From NCBI GenBank assembly GCA_002292285.1, contig DBBP01000002.1, positions 133,214 through 197,213 of the forward strand: a stretch of 64,000 bases of DNA, given 5' to 3'. Source of the stretch: Proteobacteria bacterium UBA981. GTDB lineage: Bacteria > Pseudomonadota > Gammaproteobacteria > Ga0077536. Of this stretch, positions 60,694 through 64,000 are shown piece after piece (position 1 is the stretch's first letter; each line of letters starts with the position of its first letter). The notes beneath the pieces are model-generated. The model was not told the DNA's origin. It made no database searches and worked only from the letters and a program-made list of their open reading frames with translations. The translations under genes and the position numbers were made by a program.

Positions 60694-61914
60694 ATGACTC
60701 AGGAAAATGAACACGTACTCAGCGGCTTACGCGTACTCGATCTCACTCGCGCACTTGCCGGCCCGACCTGTACTCGCATGTTCGCCGAGATGGGCGCAGA
60801 TGTGATCAAAGTCGAATCGGCGCCCAACGGCGACATGACTCGGCAGATATCGAAAATACGCAATGAACGCAGCATGTATTTCGTGCAGCAGAATCTCGGC
60901 AAAAAAAGTCTTTGTGTTGATCTGCGCGATCCACGCGGCATGGCCTTGGTGACTTCACTGGTGCCCAAAGTCGACGTCGTCGTAGAAAACTTCAAACCCG
61001 GTACGCTGGCCGCGATGGGCCTCGGTTACGAGCGTTTACGCGAGATGCGCGAAGACATCATCCTGTGTTCGATATCCGCCATGGGGCAATCCGGCCCGCT
61101 GTCGGGGCTGCCCGGTTACGACTTCATCGCACAGGGCTATTCGGGGGTGACTTCGATGATTGGTGATGCGGATGGCACGCCACACATCCCGCCGCTCGGC
61201 CTGGGTGATGTGAGTACCGGTGTGCACGGCGCGTTAGCGGTGTTGGCAGCGTTGCGCTATCGGGACCGAACAGGCAAAGGCCAGCATCTCGACGTCGGCC
61301 TGCTCGACGTTTACTACCACTGCAATGAAGTCACCGTACACCAGTGCAGTGGCAGTGACGGCGAACTCAAACCCAGCCGGCAGGGCCCGCATCTGAATTA
61401 CATTTGCCCCGCCGGCGTATTCAAAGCCAATGGAGGGTGGGTTGTGATCATGGCGTTCCTGCACCACTGGAAAGATCTGTGCAGCGCGATGCAGCGCCCC
61501 GATTTAATTGACCACGAAACCCTCGGCAACGACACCGGGCGCCTCGCGAACCGTGCAGAGGTGGTCGAACTGCTGGAATCCTGGCTGGCCGGCTTCCCCG
61601 ATCGGGACAGCGCGATTGACGCCCTGCACGCCCACGGCGTGCCGGCAGCACCAGTATTGTCCATCGAAGAAACTCTGACTCACCCCCACCTGCAAGCACG
61701 CAAAACCGTGCGCACGATTAACGACCGTCTAACCGGCGAATTTCAAATCCCCGGCATGCCGCTCAAGTTCTCGGAGTTCCCCGATGATCTGCCCCTACAG
61801 GCTGCAACGATGGGCGAGCACAACGCTGACATTCTGCGCGAGTGGCTTGGCCACAGCGATGATGAGATCGCACAGCTACGCGCGGCTGGCGTGCTGCACG
61901 ACGCCGAAATTTAG
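60694..61914 (+). CDS. CoA-transferase family III (CaiB/BaiF) protein, second copy
   Basis: ATG 60694 with AGGAG SD; LSGLRVLDLTRALAGPTCTRMFAEMGADVIKVES N-terminus, paralogous to the 53869-55074 product. Confidence 0.8.
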   Translation: MTQENEHVLSGLRVLDLTRALAGPTCTRMFAEMGADVIKVESAPNGDMTRQISKIRNERSMYFVQQNLGKKSLCVDLRDPRGMALVTSLVPKVDVVVENFKPGTLAAMGLGYERLREMREDIILCSISAMGQSGPLSGLPGYDFIAQGYSGVTSMIGDADGTPHIPPLGLGDVSTGVHGALAVLAALRYRDRTGKGQHLDVGLLDVYYHCNEVTVHQCSGSDGELKPSRQGPHLNYICPAGVFKANGGWVVIMAFLHHWKDLCSAMQRPDLIDHETLGNDTGRLANRAEVVELLESWLAGFPDRDSAIDALHAHGVPAAPVLSIEETLTHPHLQARKTVRTINDRLTGEFQIPGMPLKFSEFPDDLPLQAATMGEHNADILREWLGHSDDEIAQLRAAGVLHDAEI

Positions 61915-62002
61915 TTATGCGCTACGGTATGTCGTGGCACGACGGCGGCGTCTGACGAGTGTGAGAAGTTGCGGGTTAACAGCATTCACCATTAGCGTCG
62001 CG

Positions 62003-62680
62003 CTAGATAATTTGCCGCCAGGTCTCCAGATCTTCGACCTGTAGATAAGGGTTCTGGGCTTTCGTATCGCCCATCGACGCACTCGGCTGATGACCGTAGT
62101 TATGTCCTGGCAACAACAGGGTATCGTCCGGCAGGGCTTTCAATTTAGCCATGCTGTGATACATGTCTTCCTTGTTCGAGCCGGGCAAATCCACTCGACC
62201 GCAGCCGTTAATAAACAAAGTATCGCCGGACACCAGGGTGTTCTGGACGCGAAAGCACTGCGAGCCTGGCGTATGTCCGGGTGTATGAAGGAACTCGATT
62301 TCAACCTCGCCGACTTTCAGTGTGTCGCCGGAATCCACTTGTACGAGATCGGTCTCGGAAACGCCGGTCACTTTGCACACACCACTCGCCTCATGCTTGT
62401 TGGCGTAAATCCGCACCGGGTTCGCGGCCAGTAATTCGGGCAAGCCGATGACGGTGTTGGTACCGAAACTACCGCCGATGTGATCTGGGTGGTAGTGAGT
62501 GACCAAAGCGCCTCTGAGGATGTAGCCCGCGTTGTTCACCCGTTCGAGTAACGCATCGATATCCCAAGCAGGATCGACAATCACGACTTCACGCGTGCTG
62601 CGCGAACCAATGACGTAGCAAAAATTCTGCATCGGGCCAATTTGAATTTGCTCGACAATTAATTCACTTTCGGCTTCCAT
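62003..62680 (-). CDS. MBL-fold metallo-hydrolase (glyoxalase II / persulfide dioxygenase-like)
   Basis: 225 aa; THYHPDHIGG metal-binding motif, HTPGHTPG. Confidence 0.75.
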   Translation of the reverse strand: MEAESELIVEQIQIGPMQNFCYVIGSRSTREVVIVDPAWDIDALLERVNNAGYILRGALVTHYHPDHIGGSFGTNTVIGLPELLAANPVRIYANKHEASGVCKVTGVSETDLVQVDSGDTLKVGEVEIEFLHTPGHTPGSQCFRVQNTLVSGDTLFINGCGRVDLPGSNKEDMYHSMAKLKALPDDTLLLPGHNYGHQPSASMGDTKAQNPYLQVEDLETWRQII

Positions 62681-62809
62681 GGCATTCCCTGTGCACTATC
62701 AACGAGCATCGACAGTTAGTTTAACGTGAGGTATGAAGACGCGGCCGGGGTCATTCAACTCTAGTCGCAGAATGAATGCTTGAACTGCACCCGCGTGGTC
62801 GCGAGAAAG

Positions 62810-63226
62810 CTATGCCGCAGACGCTGCGGTGTGGACTACCGCAGCGACGAACTTCCAGCCACCGCCGGATTTACGCAACGTGTATTTGGCACCTGTGCGC
62901 TCGAGTTCGGAGCCACTGCTGTCAAACCGTACTGCAATTCCAGAGACTTCCGCGAGGCGGTCGCTTAACATCTCGACAGTCAATTCTCGAACGTCTGAAT
63001 GGTCGTAGTCACGCGCTTGAAGCCCGCTGATAATTGTTTCAAACAGGTTCCTGACCTCATCCTCGCTGGAGAACGAGAGAACGACCTCGTCGCTGATGAA
63101 AAGACACGGTGGCGCATAAAATGGCGCCACTAACTCCGCGCGCTGGGTATGGAAAGCGGACAGGTATTGGGCGTATACATCACGAATCGCCGCCTCTTCA
63201 GCACCGTTCCCCGCTATCAGAGTCAT
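62810..63226 (-). CDS. NTF2-like (DUF4440/SnoaL-type) protein
   Basis: 138 aa; N-terminal EAAIRDVYAQYLSAF helix typical of SnoaL-like folds. Confidence 0.45.
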   Translation of the reverse strand: MTLIAGNGAEEAAIRDVYAQYLSAFHTQRAELVAPFYAPPCLFISDEVVLSFSSEDEVRNLFETIISGLQARDYDHSDVRELTVEMLSDRLAEVSGIAVRFDSSGSELERTGAKYTLRKSGGGWKFVAAVVHTAASAA

Positions 63227-63253
63227 CGGTATCGACGGTCCGCAAAGCCAGTC

Positions 63254-63476
63254 TTACGGCTTAAGACCGAGTACGCAGTGCTTGGTATACGCAGCTGCAT
63301 CGTCGCCGTTCCATTCGCCCTTGGGCTTGTCATTCATCATCGTGCACCAGTCTTCGCTGCCGACTTTTGGTGAACATCCACTCACCAGTACGCCGACCGC
63401 AATTACAGCCAATGTGGCGCGCAAAAGACGTGCAGTCTCGCGCAGACTTGAAACTATGTTATTCATCGTTGATTCC
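63254..63476 (-). CDS. DUF3012-like small lipoprotein
   Basis: 74 aa taken from the internal start MNNIVSSLR; lipobox LVSGCS; conserved EDWCTMMNDKPKGEWNGDDAAAYTKHCV. The track ORF carries a long Arg-rich 5' extension that is probably not translated. Confidence 0.5.
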
Positions 63477-63503
63477 GTCCTGTCAGTTTGCGTTAGTACG
63501 ACG

Positions 63504-63926
63504 TTAGTAACGTGGCACTTCTGGATCGATATGCTGCGACCACGCATCAATCCCGCCGGCGAGATTAAACACGTTGGTAAAACCCTGGGTGCGAAAGTAT
63601 TCGGCTGCTGATTGGCTGCGCATGCCCGAGTGACATTGAAAAACCAATAGCGCATCGCGCGCAAGCGTATCAATCGCCTTGACCGCTTCTTCGTCGAGCA
63701 TTTGCGACCCTTCAATGCACGCGATGTCGCGCTCTGCTTGTTCTCGGACATCGAATAAATGGACTGACTCCCCTGCGTCCATGTGTGCTTTCAATTCTTG
63801 CACCGACATCTGCGGCACTGGCGCGGGCGCGTTCGGGTTGCTGATACTGAAACCGGAACCCTGTGGGGTTTCTGTCATGTCGAGACTGAGGCCGTCGGCG
63901 CGCGCGGCCGAATCAAGGTCGAACAA
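63504..63926 (-). CDS. rhodanese-like domain protein (sulfurtransferase); start uncertain
   Basis: Active-site loop CHSGMRS; single rhodanese domain probably beginning at MSVQELKAHMDAG (63809); the longer ORF adds a 39-aa low-complexity N-terminus. Confidence 0.65.
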   Translation of the reverse strand: MFDLDSAARADGLSLDMTETPQGSGFSISNPNAPAPVPQMSVQELKAHMDAGESVHLFDVREQAERDIACIEGSQMLDEEAVKAIDTLARDALLVFQCHSGMRSQSAAEYFRTQGFTNVFNLAGGIDAWSQHIDPEVPRY

Positions 63927-64000
63927 AATATCGATACCGTTTGCGGCCCCGACAATTTCATGCCCCTTGGCGGGAGCCAGACTAAACTCGTGATTGAACG

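Overview
This 64-kb window looks like high-GC (~60%) gammaproteobacterial chromosome. A conserved housekeeping core runs on the minus strand: ppiD, tRNA-Asp, tRNA-Val, hupB, lon, clpX, clpP, tig, tRNA-Leu. Other recognisable core genes are fabI, ppiB-lpxH, ampD-ampE, nadC, divergent ppsA/ppsR, and aceE-aceF. A second tRNA cluster (Pro, Arg, His with G-1, Lys) lies on the minus strand. I found no rRNA, CRISPR array, transposase or integrase. Several loci look accessory. (1) The most notable is a periplasmic BCP/PrxQ-type peroxiredoxin whose peroxidatic cysteine codon is an in-frame TGA (5507-5509), with the conserved reading frame continuing for 109 codons; this is a candidate selenocysteine peroxiredoxin. 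It sits directly downstream of glutathione reductase. (2) A tandem pair of paralogous, uncharacterised ~240-aa proteins lies between a Sel1/SPOR protein and ppsA. (3) A tightly packed seven-gene plus-strand operon encodes two secreted proteins, a LOG-family hydrolase, two HAD phosphatases, a macro-domain protein and a repeat-containing lipoprotein. (4) A fadI/fadJ-like thiolase/hydroxyacyl-CoA dehydrogenase pair is embedded inside a yejABEF-like peptide ABC importer operon. (5) A putative catabolic island carries two family-III CoA-transferases, an LLM monooxygenase, a CocE/NonD hydrolase, an MFS transporter and an NADPH oxidoreductase. Lesser oddities are an orphan lpxD paralogue, an isolated MtdA-like dehydrogenase, a stand-alone EgtD-like histidine methyltransferase, and a secreted DUF4124-glutaredoxin fusion. 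All calls rest on reading the ORF translations and the DNA directly; no database searches were possible.
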